In this document: piece after piece, positions 8,971 to 18,084 of the stretch
How the letters are laid out: the number at the start of each line of letters is the position of its first letter
Numbering within the stretch: position 1 is the first letter of the stretch
Source of the DNA: a virus
Lineage: Duplodnaviria > Caudoviricetes
IMG/VR virus record: IMGVR_UViG_3300025267_000011
Coordinates: 1 to 56,659 of that record
Length of the DNA stretch: 56,659 nucleotides
Strand: one strand, 5' to 3'
Made by a program: the position numbers and the translations under genes
Notes under the pieces: model-generated
What the model saw: the letters and a program-made list of their open reading frames with translations, nothing else
Databases searched by the model: none
Told to the model about the DNA's origin: nothing

Positions 8971-9290
8971 CGTGCTCCCTGCGTGCTCTATGCGTGTGCC
9001 CGGCTGCCTGCCCGGGTGCTCAACCGGTGCGGGCTGCATGGGGGGTGCGTGCTCCGTGCTCAGTGGTAGCGCGCAGCACGCACGGTAGCAGCGGGCAGCC
9101 TCCGGGCATCGCGCGTGTCGGGTGCGTGTCGCACGCTGGCCGCCCGCGTTGCGCATGCCGCCTGCCTGCGTTGTGCAGTCGGTCAGCACCGATGCTGCGC
9201 GGGTGCTAGCTACCCGCTGGTGGTGTGTGGCAAGCCCGCTGCACGCTGGCAGCACGCAAGTAGCGGTTGCCGTGCATGCGCCCTGCAAGC
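8971..9290. repeat. Degenerate ~11-bp tandem iteron array upstream of parA (candidate centromere)
   Basis: cgtgctccctg/cgtgctctatg/cgtgtgcccgg/ctgcctgcccg/ggtgctcaacc/ggtgcgggctg, then a TGC/GCA-dense stretch. Confidence 0.55.
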
Positions 9291-9443
9291 CTTATTCGGC
9301 CCGATCCGGGGTCGTGGGCCGCCCCGGATAGGGCCGGAACCGGCCGCTGGTCGTCCCGGTGCCGAACGAACACCCGCTCCCCGGTGGAACGGGACCCTCG
9401 GAACCGGCACAGGGCAAATGAGGGCCGATCCCGGGAACGACGA

Positions 9444-9485
9444 ATGCCCCCGGCGGACCCGCCGAAGCGGGCCCGCCGGGGGCAT
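9444..9485 (-). terminator. Terminator hairpin with C(UUCG)G loop
   Basis: atgcccccggcggacccgc-cgaa-gcgggcccgccgggggcat just after the stop at 9492. Confidence 0.75.
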
Positions 9486-9491
9486 CCAGCA

Positions 9492-12400
9492 CTACGGAGA
9501 CGCGACCAGCTCGCGGGAGGACACGTCATCGACCCGCGCTGCACTCGACACCGACACGTCGTCGACGCGAGAGACGGCCCCCGCGGTGAGGTCGTCGACC
9601 CGCCTCGCGCGCACCTGCCACGGCAGCCGCCACGAGTCCGGGCCACGCACCGCACCGCCCGAGCCGACCCCGGACGCGCTACCCACGCCCGCGCCGACCG
9701 CCGGCCGAGGCGCCTCCGCCGTGCCCGTCCCGGTCGCCGACCCCGGGTAGACGACCACGGCGGCACCGACCGGCCCGGCCACACCGGTACCGATCGCCTG
9801 CCCGGCGAGGACCTGCCGGTCGTCCTGCGACACGAGCTGCGACGCCGCGCCCGCGGCGAGCGCGGTCCCGGCGCGAGCCGCCACCACCGAACCGGCCGGT
9901 TCCGCCGACCCTGCCCCGGACGCGGTCCCCGCCGGCGACCAGACCCGCCCGGACACCTCGCCCGCCGTGCCGGTTCCGGCCGCGGTGCCGGCCACGGCCA
10001 GCACCACCCCGACCCCGTCGGGCACGGGCGCCTCGCCCGACCCGAACGCCGTTCCGGCGACCGCCGACACCGCGGCGGTCACCGCACCCGCTGTGCCGGT
10101 GCCGCGCGCCGTCGGGCCGACGACCTCGCCCGGGCGGATCGCTGTCGGCTGCGGCGCGGAGCCGACGCCGCTCGCCGTCGCGGCGAGCACCTCGAGCGCG
10201 GCCGTCGCCTCACCGGCCTGACCGACACCGGCGGCTGTGGCGGCCGTACCGGCGAGGTCGGCCCGAACTGCCCCGGCCGTGCCGGCACCGTGCGCGGTGG
10301 CGGCCTGCGCCGTCACCGCCGCGGACGCCGCCCCGGCCGTGCCCGCCCCGGCGGCGGTAGCGGCCCCGGTCGTGACCGCCACCGTCGGTGCGTGGGCCTG
10401 GCCGGACCCGGTCGCAACGGCCGCCGGGGCGTCGCGCACGGCCACGAGCTCGGCCGTGGGGCTGTGCGCGGTGCCGGCGCCTTCCGCGGCCCCGACCGGC
10501 GCCATGACCGTCGCGGCCACGGTCGAGGCGCTGCCCACACCGGCCGCGGTCCCGGCCTGCGCGGTGACCGCGGCCGTCACCGGCCCGGCCTCGCCGGCCC
10601 CGGCCGCGGTGCCAGGTGTCCGGGAAAGCGACGTCGACGCCGTGACCGGTCCGGCCGTGCCGACGCCCTCTGCGCTGTCGGGGGCGGCCACGGTTACCGC
10701 GTCCGCCCCGACGGGCCCGCCCGAGCCGACCCCGGTCGCGGTCCCGGCTCGCGCCTGCACCGCAGCCGCCACCGGCCCGGCCGTCCCGGCACCCTCAGCG
10801 GTGCCGGGGGAGCGGGACAGCGACGTCGACGCGGTTCCCGGCCCGGCGGTACCTGCACCGGCCGCGTTCCCGGCCTGGGCCTGGACCGACCCCGACGGTG
10901 CGGCGGCGGACCCCTGCCCGTCGGCCGACCCCGGCCGGGCCGACACGACCGCCGCGGCATCGCCCGCAGTGCCGGAGCCCGTCGCCGTCGCGGCGGTGGC
11001 CGTGACCGCTGCCGCCACCGGCCCGGCGGTGCCGGAACCGGTAGCCGACGGCACCGATGGTGCCGCCGTCGAGGTCGCCGTGACCTGCCCGGCCGTGCCG
11101 GTACCGGCCGCCGTAGCGGCCTGCCCTGAGACGGCCCCGACGGTCACACCGGCTGTCCCGGTGCCCGCGGCCGCCCCTGCGGCTGTGGCGATCGCCGCGG
11201 CGGCGGCGTCCGCGGACCCGACACCGGCGGCCGTGCCCGCAGCGGGTTGCAGGGACGGTCGTACCTGCTCGGCTGTGCCGGTGCCCTGCGCGGTCTCGAC
11301 GGCCCGGGTGATCGCTGCCTGCGTCACGCCGGCGGTGCCGGTCCCCTCAGCGGTCCCGGCGAGCGCGTAGACGGTGGCGACGCCCTCGGCCGAGGCGCCC
11401 CCGCCCGATCCTCCGCCGGACGCGGTGCCCGCGTTCGGAGCGACGATCGGCGCGGCGGCCCCGGCCGTGCCGGCGCCCGTCGCGGTCGCGGCGGTGCGCG
11501 CAATCGCCGCAGACACCTCGCCGGCCGTCCCTGCACCGGACGCGGTGCCAGCCGGGGCGCGCTTGTCGATCGCCGCCGTGGGCGCGCCCGCGCTGCCCGA
11601 CCCGGATGCGGTCCCGGCCCGGGCGGCGACGTGCCCGCCGACCGGCCCGGCAGACCCGGACCCGGACGCGGTGCCGGGTGTCCGGGCGAGCGACGTCGAC
11701 GCGGTGACCGGCCCGGCCGTGCCGGTGCCGGTCGCGGTGCCAGGGGTGCGCGCGAGCGACGTCGACGCGGACACCGCGCCCGCGGCGCCTGTACCGGAGG
11801 CGGCCCCGGCGGCGGGTGCGGCCGACGCCGTGACCGGCCCGGCGGTGCCGGTGCCCGTCGCGGACGGGGCGGCGCGGGAGACCGACGCCGCCACTGGCCC
11901 GGCCGTCCCGGACCCGGATGCGGTCCCGGGACGGGCAGTGACCGCCGCGGTGGGCTGCCCGGCCGTACCGGCACCTGTCGCCGCAGCCGCGGTCTTCCTG
12001 ACGGCGCCGGCGGCTGCCCCGGCAGTACCGGTGCCCGTTGCCGTTGCCGGAGTCCGGGCGAGCGATGCCGCCACCGGCCCGGCGGTGCCGGTGCCGGTCG
12101 CGTTGGCCGGGCGTGCCGTGACCGATCCCGTCGCCGCCCCGGCCGATCCCGTACCGGCCGCGGTTCCCGCCGTCGCGTTCGTGACTGGGGGAGGGACGTA
12201 GTCGGCGACGGTCAGCCCGTACTTGTCCTGAAGGTACGAGTGGACAGTCGCCCGCTCCCCGGCTGTGAGGACGCGGGAGTAGACGATGAGCTCGGCAAGG
12301 TCACCCTGCAGGTACTCGTCGGTGCCCTCCAGGTCGATACCGATGATCGTGGTGAGGCCGCTGCTGATCGCCCGGCCACCGCCGGTGCCGGCGGCCGCGC

Positions 12401-12863
12401 CCGCGATGTAGAGCGACGTCGCGGAGGTGGTGTGCGAGGCCGTCAGGACGTGGAAGTTCGTCGTGTTGACCGTGCCGGTCGCGTCGACGCGGAACCCGGT
12501 GTTCTGCCAGCTCAGGGCCGGGCGACTCGCCCGGACCTGGAAGATGACGCCGTTAGTGCCCGAGGTCGACCGGATCGGCTCGATGGCCCGGCCGCCGTGC
12601 TTGACGACGGCGAAGATCGTTTCGTTGGGCAGTCCGGAGTTCGCCCCGGACAGCATGTAGTCGCCGCCCGCGAATCGGACCGCAGGCTTGCCGTTGATCG
12701 CGTTGGTAACGAACGACGGGCGGAGCGCGCTGCTTGACTGCGTCGCGTTGTAGCCCAACCCGCCTGAGTCCGGCCAGGTCGCGACCTCCGCGCCGTTGGC
12801 GAGCGCGAGCGAGTCCGCGCGCCACCAGGCGTGCAGGTCGGAGATCGAACTCGGATCAGCCAT
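9492..12863 (-). CDS. Virion-associated fibre-like protein: N-terminal LamG/ConA-like domain plus ~40 Ala/Gly/Thr repeats
   Basis: WWRADSL..NG..VATWPDSGG, NAINGKPAVRF, GDLAELIVYSRVLT..ER..V.SYLQDKYG; repeat unit about A.GTA.G.GTAG.V.A. Confidence 0.75.
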   Translation of the reverse strand: MADPSSISDLHAWWRADSLALANGAEVATWPDSGGLGYNATQSSSALRPSFVTNAINGKPAVRFAGGDYMLSGANSGLPNETIFAVVKHGGRAIEPIRSTSGTNGVIFQVRASRPALSWQNTGFRVDATGTVNTTNFHVLTASHTTSATSLYIAGAAAGTGGGRAISSGLTTIIGIDLEGTDEYLQGDLAELIVYSRVLTAGERATVHSYLQDKYGLTVADYVPPPVTNATAGTAAGTGSAGAATGSVTARPANATGTGTAGPVAASLARTPATATGTGTAGAAAGAVRKTAAAATGAGTAGQPTAAVTARPGTASGSGTAGPVAASVSRAAPSATGTGTAGPVTASAAPAAGAASGTGAAGAVSASTSLARTPGTATGTGTAGPVTASTSLARTPGTASGSGSAGPVGGHVAARAGTASGSGSAGAPTAAIDKRAPAGTASGAGTAGEVSAAIARTAATATGAGTAGAAAPIVAPNAGTASGGGSGGGASAEGVATVYALAGTAEGTGTAGVTQAAITRAVETAQGTGTAEQVRPSLQPAAGTAAGVGSADAAAAAIATAAGAAAGTGTAGVTVGAVSGQAATAAGTGTAGQVTATSTAAPSVPSATGSGTAGPVAAAVTATAATATGSGTAGDAAAVVSARPGSADGQGSAAAPSGSVQAQAGNAAGAGTAGPGTASTSLSRSPGTAEGAGTAGPVAAAVQARAGTATGVGSGGPVGADAVTVAAPDSAEGVGTAGPVTASTSLSRTPGTAAGAGEAGPVTAAVTAQAGTAAGVGSASTVAATVMAPVGAAEGAGTAHSPTAELVAVRDAPAAVATGSGQAHAPTVAVTTGAATAAGAGTAGAASAAVTAQAATAHGAGTAGAVRADLAGTAATAAGVGQAGEATAALEVLAATASGVGSAPQPTAIRPGEVVGPTARGTGTAGAVTAAVSAVAGTAFGSGEAPVPDGVGVVLAVAGTAAGTGTAGEVSGRVWSPAGTASGAGSAEPAGSVVAARAGTALAAGAASQLVSQDDRQVLAGQAIGTGVAGPVGAAVVVYPGSATGTGTAEAPRPAVGAGVGSASGVGSGGAVRGPDSWRLPWQVRARRVDDLTAGAVSRVDDVSVSSAARVDDVSSRELVASP

Positions 12864-12895
12864 GCTCGCCCCTCCTCTTGTCCGGAAACGAGGAG

Positions 12896-12942
12896 AGGCC
12901 CGGCCGCCGACTCACCGGGGGAGTGAGCGGCGGCCGGGCCTC
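12896..12942. terminator. Hairpin between structural genes
   Basis: gaggcccggccgccgactcac...gtgagcggcggccgggcctc. Confidence 0.5.
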
Positions 12943-12957
12943 AGCAGCGGGTGCGGG

Positions 12958-13425
12958 TCAGAGGGTGATCCGCGCGATGCCCGTCGCGGCCCACACGACG
13001 GTGAACGTTCCGGCCGTGACGGACTGCTCCCCGCCGAAGGCGTTGAAGCACACGCCGTACTTCGAGCCCGCGGCCGGGGTGTCGTTGTAGACCGTCACCC
13101 CGGTGACCGCGGTCAGGGTCGCGTTCGCCCCGGACGCCCTGTCGTCGGCGTCGAGGAAGCACACCGCGGCCGTGCCCTGGTTGATCTGCTTGTTCGCGAG
13201 GAGCTGCCCACCGGCGGGCCAGTCGGTGCTGGAGGACTTCTCCGACGCGACCAGCCAGGTGCCGGCGTTGTAGGAGGTCTGCGCGAGGACGGCGTCCTGG
13301 GCGGGGGTGACCCCGTCGCCCCAGAGCGCCGCCTTCATGTTGTTGGTGAGGAAGTCGAGCGTGCCGGCGCCCCACAGGTCGCCGATGTGCGCGCGGAAAA
13401 TCTCGGAAGCGGTGCCGAAGGCCAT
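12958..13425 (-). CDS. Small beta-rich virion structural protein
   Basis: LDFLTNNMKAALW, FLDADD, FGG..SVTAGTFTVVW..TGI motifs typical of small phage decoration/fibre-associated proteins; RBS AGGAG. Confidence 0.65.
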   Translation of the reverse strand: MAFGTASEIFRAHIGDLWGAGTLDFLTNNMKAALWGDGVTPAQDAVLAQTSYNAGTWLVASEKSSSTDWPAGGQLLANKQINQGTAAVCFLDADDRASGANATLTAVTGVTVYNDTPAAGSKYGVCFNAFGGEQSVTAGTFTVVWAATGIARITL

Positions 13426-13512
13426 TGCGGCTCTCCTGGTGTCCGTGGATGAGGGAGACCGTCAGGCGTGGGGCGCGCACTGATCAGGTAGGTACGAGCA
13501 GGGGCGGGAGGC

Positions 13513-13815
13513 TCAGACGCCGTCGGTGGAGGCGGACCCGGTCGCGGTGCCGGCCTCGGCGCTGACCGAGGCGCCGGCGGGGGCCTCGGCCGCCGCGGCG
13601 TCGAGCGCGGCGTCGAGCTCGGCCTTCGCGGCGGCCTCCGCGCGGTGCCAGTCCTCGGCCGCGGCGACCGACTCGGCGAGCGAGTCCTCGGCGCGGTCGG
13701 CGGCGTCGCGGAGGTTCTGCAGGTGGGCCCTCGCGCCGTCGACGGCGTCGTCGGCGACCCGGGCCTGGCCCGCGAGGTAGGCGTGCTGGGTGGCGAGCTT
13801 GGACAGGTCGGACAT
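13513..13815 (-). CDS. Coiled-coil protein
   Basis: Ala/Glu heptads; RBS GGAG. Confidence 0.6.
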   Translation of the reverse strand: MSDLSKLATQHAYLAGQARVADDAVDGARAHLQNLRDAADRAEDSLAESVAAAEDWHRAEAAAKAELDAALDAAAAEAPAGASVSAEAGTATGSASTDGV

Positions 13816-13828
13816 GCGGGTTCTCCGA

Positions 13829-14152
13829 TCAGGAGGTGATGCGGGCCCGCGCGGTCGGGGCGAAGACCGCGCAGTCCTGCCCGTCGTCGCGGGTGACCAC
13901 CACCGACATGACCGGCCGCCCGTTGTGGAGCTGCACCAGCTCGTTGCCGATGTAGTCCTCCCGCTCCCGGGCCTCGACCTTCGCCCGGGTGCCCGCGGGC
14001 ACCATCGGCGAGGTGAGCCCGCCGCGGAGCCCGCGGCAGGGGTGGAACGGGGTGTGCGGCGCGGTCTCGCGGGTCACGTGGGTGTGGTCGCAGTTCGGGC
14101 ACTCCCACCGGTGTTCCGGCGGGTCGATCAGCACGGCGCGGGACATGGACAT
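13829..14152 (-). CDS. Hypothetical Zn-binding protein
   Basis: WECPNC...H.C; RBS GAGGTG. Confidence 0.6.
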   Translation of the reverse strand: MSMSRAVLIDPPEHRWECPNCDHTHVTRETAPHTPFHPCRGLRGGLTSPMVPAGTRAKVEAREREDYIGNELVQLHNGRPVMSVVVTRDDGQDCAVFAPTARARITS

Positions 14153-14191
14153 GACGGGGCCACCTCACGGGGTGATGGGTGAGCGGGGACG

Positions 14192-14237
14192 ACGACGGCC
14201 CCGCCCCCGGCGCGGTGGCAGGGGTCGGGGCCGTCGT
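14192..14237. terminator. Hairpin after holin
   Basis: acgacggccccgcccc...ggggtcggggccgtcgt. Confidence 0.45.
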
Positions 14238-14329
14238 CGAGGGGAGGGGAGCGGACGGTCGTGGGTGCTGCTGGTGCCGAGGCCCCTCTCCCGATCCCCC
14301 GGCACCAGCAGCGGACAGCGGGCCCGGCC

Positions 14330-14665
14330 TCAGGCGGCCGGGCGGAACCCGTCGGGGAGCTGGAGCGCCACGAGCTCCACGTGCCCGGTCGAGACGTTGC
14401 GCGCGAACGCGGCCGGGCTCGTGTTCGGGGTGACCTGCGGCTCGGCCTGCTTGACGACACCGAACGCGGCGAGCAGCGCGGTCACGGCGGTGACCACGCC
14501 CGGGATCAGGCCGAGGAGGCCGACGATCGCGTCGCCCTGCACGCTGGTGAGCAGCCCCCACCCGATCAGGGCGGTGACGAGGGAGCCGAGGAACGCCCTC
14601 GCCGACGCCACGGTCTTGAAGGCGTCGCGGAGCGGGACGGGACGGACGTCGAGCGGTGCGGACAT
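14330..14665 (-). CDS. Holin
   Basis: Two TM helices and a QVTP motif; directly after the endolysin; RBS GGAGG. Confidence 0.7.
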   Translation of the reverse strand: MSAPLDVRPVPLRDAFKTVASARAFLGSLVTALIGWGLLTSVQGDAIVGLLGLIPGVVTAVTALLAAFGVVKQAEPQVTPNTSPAAFARNVSTGHVELVALQLPDGFRPAA

Positions 14666-14750
14666 GGCGGTACCTCCGGGGGAGGGGTGGATGGCCGCGC
14701 GGCGGTCGCCGACGGCCGGGGCGCGAGGGATGGGGCGTCCCGCGCGGGGA

Positions 14751-15692
14751 TCAGGTGGCGGCGAGCTTCGCCGCGAGACCGGCGAGCACGGCCTGGGTGA
14801 ACGCGGCCGGGTCCGGGGTCAGCGCGGCCGCGAGTCGGTCGATCGCCTCGCGCATCCCGGCCAGCTCCGCGGCCGTGGCCGGATCGGCCTCACCGCCGCC
14901 ACCGGCGGGGAGCTTGTCGAGCTTGCCGTGGAGCTGGAGCACGAGCTGACGGGTCTCGTAGGCGCGGGCGTCGGAGTTGATCGAGAACCCGGCCGGGGTC
15001 TCCTCGACCGGGATCGTGGGCGGGTCCTCACCGAGGAGCCCGTAGTCCACGCGGGTGCGGTGACGGCGGAACAGCTCGTCGTGGACCGCACGGAGGATCC
15101 GGTCCTGCTCGGGGGTCATGTCGTCGTCCTCCTGGACAGCGGGGGGCGGGAGCGTCGGCGTCGACCCGATCCGGTCACGCCACTTCACGAGCGCCGCCAT
15201 CGCCTTGTCGGCGTAGGCCTCGGCGCGGTCCCCGGAGCCGTTGTAGCGGCGGAACCCGCCCCGGTCGCCGTAGGCGCGGATCAGGCGGGCCAGGCCGGTG
15301 AACCCGGCCAGCTGGTTGACGTAGGGGTCGGCCGGGCCGGTCGGCCCGCCGATCTGCTCGGCCCGGGCGATGTACTCCTCGGAGGTGAGCTGGCAGTCCC
15401 CGACGCCCTGACGCGGCACGATCCCGGCGCGCTGGGCCGCCCTGAACCGCAGGTAGTTGTCCGGGGTGACCGGCCCGCCGAACTCGTAGATGACCCGGCC
15501 CTGGGCGTCGGTCCGTCGCGCCGGCGGGGTGGAGTACCGGCCGTCGGAGCCCCACACCATCCGGCCCCCGCCGGTCTCGTTCATCAGCACCACGCACGCC
15601 GCGGCGAGCTCCAGCCCGGCGACCTGCGCCGCGCGGACGGTGATCTCGGGCCGCAGGATGCCCCAGGCCCGCAGGGTCTCGACCGCGCCCAT
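14751..15692 (-). CDS. Endolysin (lysozyme-like fold)
   Basis: Catalytic-type NETGGG, QGVGDCQLT, RRYNGSG..A..YA; EDDDMTPEQ linker common in actinophage lysins; next to holin. Confidence 0.7.
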   Translation of the reverse strand: MGAVETLRAWGILRPEITVRAAQVAGLELAAACVVLMNETGGGRMVWGSDGRYSTPPARRTDAQGRVIYEFGGPVTPDNYLRFRAAQRAGIVPRQGVGDCQLTSEEYIARAEQIGGPTGPADPYVNQLAGFTGLARLIRAYGDRGGFRRYNGSGDRAEAYADKAMAALVKWRDRIGSTPTLPPPAVQEDDDMTPEQDRILRAVHDELFRRHRTRVDYGLLGEDPPTIPVEETPAGFSINSDARAYETRQLVLQLHGKLDKLPAGGGGEADPATAAELAGMREAIDRLAAALTPDPAAFTQAVLAGLAAKLAAT

Positions 15693-16087
15693 CAGGTGCT
15701 CCGCCGTGACGGCCGGGCCCGGACCTGCCCCTCGCACGGCCTCTTGGACCGGCCGAACAGGTCGACGACGTCGAGCTGCCAGCCGCTCGTGCGCCACGTC
15801 CTCGACCACGCCAGGGTCTCCGCGCGGGTCGCGGTGAGCTGGACCCGGCTGTAGTGCGTCGGGTCGGCGAGGTCGGGGAGCAGCACGAGGTTCCCGGCGG
15901 CCGCCGACCACTCGAACAGCGGGTCCCGGCCCTCGGCGCCGATGATCGCGGACGCGGAGGTGATGAACACCGGGACCTCGTCGGCGTCGACGACGTCGAC
16001 GACCAGGTCGACGTCCTCGAACCCGTTGTAGTCCAGGTGCACGGTGCGGGTCGCGGGCCCGATCCGCAGCGGCGCCGGCGTCGTCAT
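15692..16087 (-). CDS. Beta-sandwich tail/baseplate-associated protein
   Basis: Coupled on both sides; WQLDVVD...CEGQV pattern (BppU/LtfC-like). Confidence 0.55.
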   Translation of the reverse strand: MTTPAPLRIGPATRTVHLDYNGFEDVDLVVDVVDADEVPVFITSASAIIGAEGRDPLFEWSAAAGNLVLLPDLADPTHYSRVQLTATRAETLAWSRTWRTSGWQLDVVDLFGRSKRPCEGQVRARPSRRST

Positions 16088-16956
16088 GGGGTGCTCCCTT
16101 CCGGCGCCAGGCACAGCAGCGCTTCCTCGGTCCCGGTGGTGGTGACGACCTCGCGCAGCACCAGCACCCGCGGGGGAGGGCAGGCCGGGTCGCCCTGGTC
16201 GCCCTTCTCGCCGGTGTCGCCCATCGGGCCGACGCACTCGGGGATCGACGGCAGGCACGGCTCGCCGCGCTCCCCGCGCTCCCCGCGCTCGGGCGGGAAC
16301 TGCTCCAACCGGCGGGCGACCGCGGCGTCGATCGCCTCCGGGGTGATCGGCGGCGCCCGGAACTGCGCCCCGTTGATCTCGAAGTAGCGGTTCACCTCGG
16401 CCCGGAGCCGGTCCTGCCCGGGCCCGATCACCGCCCTGACCACCTCGGCCTCGATACGCTCGGCGACGTCGTCGGCTGTCGGGTCCTCGGGCAGCGCGGC
16501 CAGGACCCGGGCGGTGGCCGCGGCGATGATGGTCTCGGTCGTATCGGCCATGTCCGCCGGCGCCGGTACGGGCGGGCGGCCTTGCTCCTGGAGCTGCCGG
16601 TTCCCCGCGACGAACTCCGCGCGCGCCTGCTCCAACGCCTCCCGGGTGGCCGTCGAGCTGGACAGCGCCAGGTTCGACACCACCAGCGAGGCGAGGACAG
16701 CGGCGATGAGCGCGAGCGCGAGGGTCACCAGACCCCACGTCCGGCCGCGCCGGTTCACGATCCCGCGGACCACCCGGGGCAGCGCCTCGGCCTGGGTCGC
16801 GCGGGTGGCGACCCGGCCCACGGCGCGCCGCTCCTCTGCTCGCGCACGACGCAGATCGTCCTTCGTCGGGGGCGGGTCGTCGTCGTAGTCGAACCCGTCG
16901 CTGACGAACTCCTCGGTCTGCGGGCCGTCGTCGAGGGGGTCCTCGTAGCCGGTCAC
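16084..16956 (-). CDS. Membrane-anchored protein with short collagen-like repeats
   Basis: One TM, coiled coil, GERGERGEP and GDTGEKGDQGDP; paired Cys. Confidence 0.7.
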   Translation of the reverse strand: MTGYEDPLDDGPQTEEFVSDGFDYDDDPPPTKDDLRRARAEERRAVGRVATRATQAEALPRVVRGIVNRRGRTWGLVTLALALIAAVLASLVVSNLALSSSTATREALEQARAEFVAGNRQLQEQGRPPVPAPADMADTTETIIAAATARVLAALPEDPTADDVAERIEAEVVRAVIGPGQDRLRAEVNRYFEINGAQFRAPPITPEAIDAAVARRLEQFPPERGERGERGEPCLPSIPECVGPMGDTGEKGDQGDPACPPPRVLVLREVVTTTGTEEALLCLAPEGSTP

Positions 16957-17396
16957 GACGTCGCACCTCCCCGCAGCCGCCGGTTCTCCTGGACCAGCTG
17001 CTCGACCTGGGCGAGCAGCAGTGCGTTCTCCACGCGGAGGCCCTCCTTCGCACGCTCGTGCCGCCGGGCCTCCTGCTCGTGCCCTGCGGCATCGGCCTCC
17101 GCGGCCGCGAGCTCGGATTCCAGACGGGCGATGTACCGCTCGGTCATGTCGTCGGTGCGCGCCATCACCGCGGGCAGGGGCTCAGGCACGGCCGGGTCCG
17201 GGGCGGGCTCGACGACCGGGACGGGCCGGCGAACCCGGCCCTCCAGCCAGGCCCGCAGCGGCGGACCGACGTAGATCAGGACTGCGATCACCAGGACCAC
17301 GAACAGCGCTTGCGAGGCGACGTTCGGGGGCAGGTCCCGGAGGAACGAGAAGTCAGGTAGAGGTGGCGCTGCACCAGCAGCGTCGAGCACGAGCAC
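16953..17396 (-). CDS. Membrane protein with coiled coil (lysis-region)
   Basis: One TM followed by a heptad region. Confidence 0.6.
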   Translation of the reverse strand: MLVLDAAGAAPPLPDFSFLRDLPPNVASQALFVVLVIAVLIYVGPPLRAWLEGRVRRPVPVVEPAPDPAVPEPLPAVMARTDDMTERYIARLESELAAAEADAAGHEQEARRHERAKEGLRVENALLLAQVEQLVQENRRLRGGATS

Positions 17397-17514
17397 GCGG
17401 TCCCCCCGAGACGCGGACGGTGCGCCACGCCCGGGAGGGGCGGGCGCCAAGCGGTGCAGGCGTCATCGCGAGCCCGCGGGCGGGGGCGGCCACAGCGGGC
17501 GGCCTCCCCTCCGG

Positions 17515-18084
17515 TCAGGGGGTCGGGCCGACCCACTGGGCGAAGAACTTCGCGCCGCCGAAGCCCGTGAAGACCGAGGCCGCCCCGGTGCCGGTCTGCC
17601 GGACAAAGCACCGCAGGGTGTCCCCCGCGGTCAGCGGCAGCAGGTCAGCGCACTGCGCGGCGGTCAGCGTGCCGGGGCGCCCCGGGGCGGACCCGCCGGT
17701 GACGACCCCCGACGTCACGACCGTGGAGTTCCGCGTGATCCGTATGGTCATCATCCCGCCGCCCGCCACGTTGTTGAGCTGGACGTGCGCGCCGAACCGC
17801 CACAGCCCCGACACGGGGATCGTGATAACCCCGCTGGTCGGGGCGAACATCGCGGCGGTGTCGTAGTCCTCCAGCTGCCACTGCATGAGGGTGTCGGTGT
17901 TGGCCGCGATCGACTGCGCACCGGCGGAGGACTGACGGACCCGCACCATCGGGCGCGTTCTCCGGAACGACGACAGCAGCCGGCCGTAGAGGTAGTTCTC
18001 GAGGGTCGACAGGGCGTTGAGGTCGGTGTGGGTGACCGGGACGCCCTCGGTGAACCACGGCAGGGCCGGGGTGGGCGCGGTCAC
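17515..18084 (-). CDS. Minor tail/receptor-binding protein, C1q/TNF-like (paralog 3)
   Basis: QSIAANTDTLMQWQLEDYDTAAMF...ITIPVSGLWRF. Confidence 0.7.
   Translation of the reverse strand: MTAPTPALPWFTEGVPVTHTDLNALSTLENYLYGRLLSSFRRTRPMVRVRQSSAGAQSIAANTDTLMQWQLEDYDTAAMFAPTSGVITIPVSGLWRFGAHVQLNNVAGGGMMTIRITRNSTVVTSGVVTGGSAPGRPGTLTAAQCADLLPLTAGDTLRCFVRQTGTGAASVFTGFGGAKFFAQWVGPTP

Noticed and set aside
9492-12200. Repeats as a CRISPR array or ice-nucleation protein
   Set aside because: Repeats are in-frame coding and degenerate with no spacers or cas genes; the AGYGST octapeptide of InaZ is absent
9267-12737. Long plus-strand ORFs opposite the repeat protein, and similar shadow ORFs throughout
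   Set aside because: Antisense or off-frame artefacts of high GC; Arg/Pro-rich, no motifs
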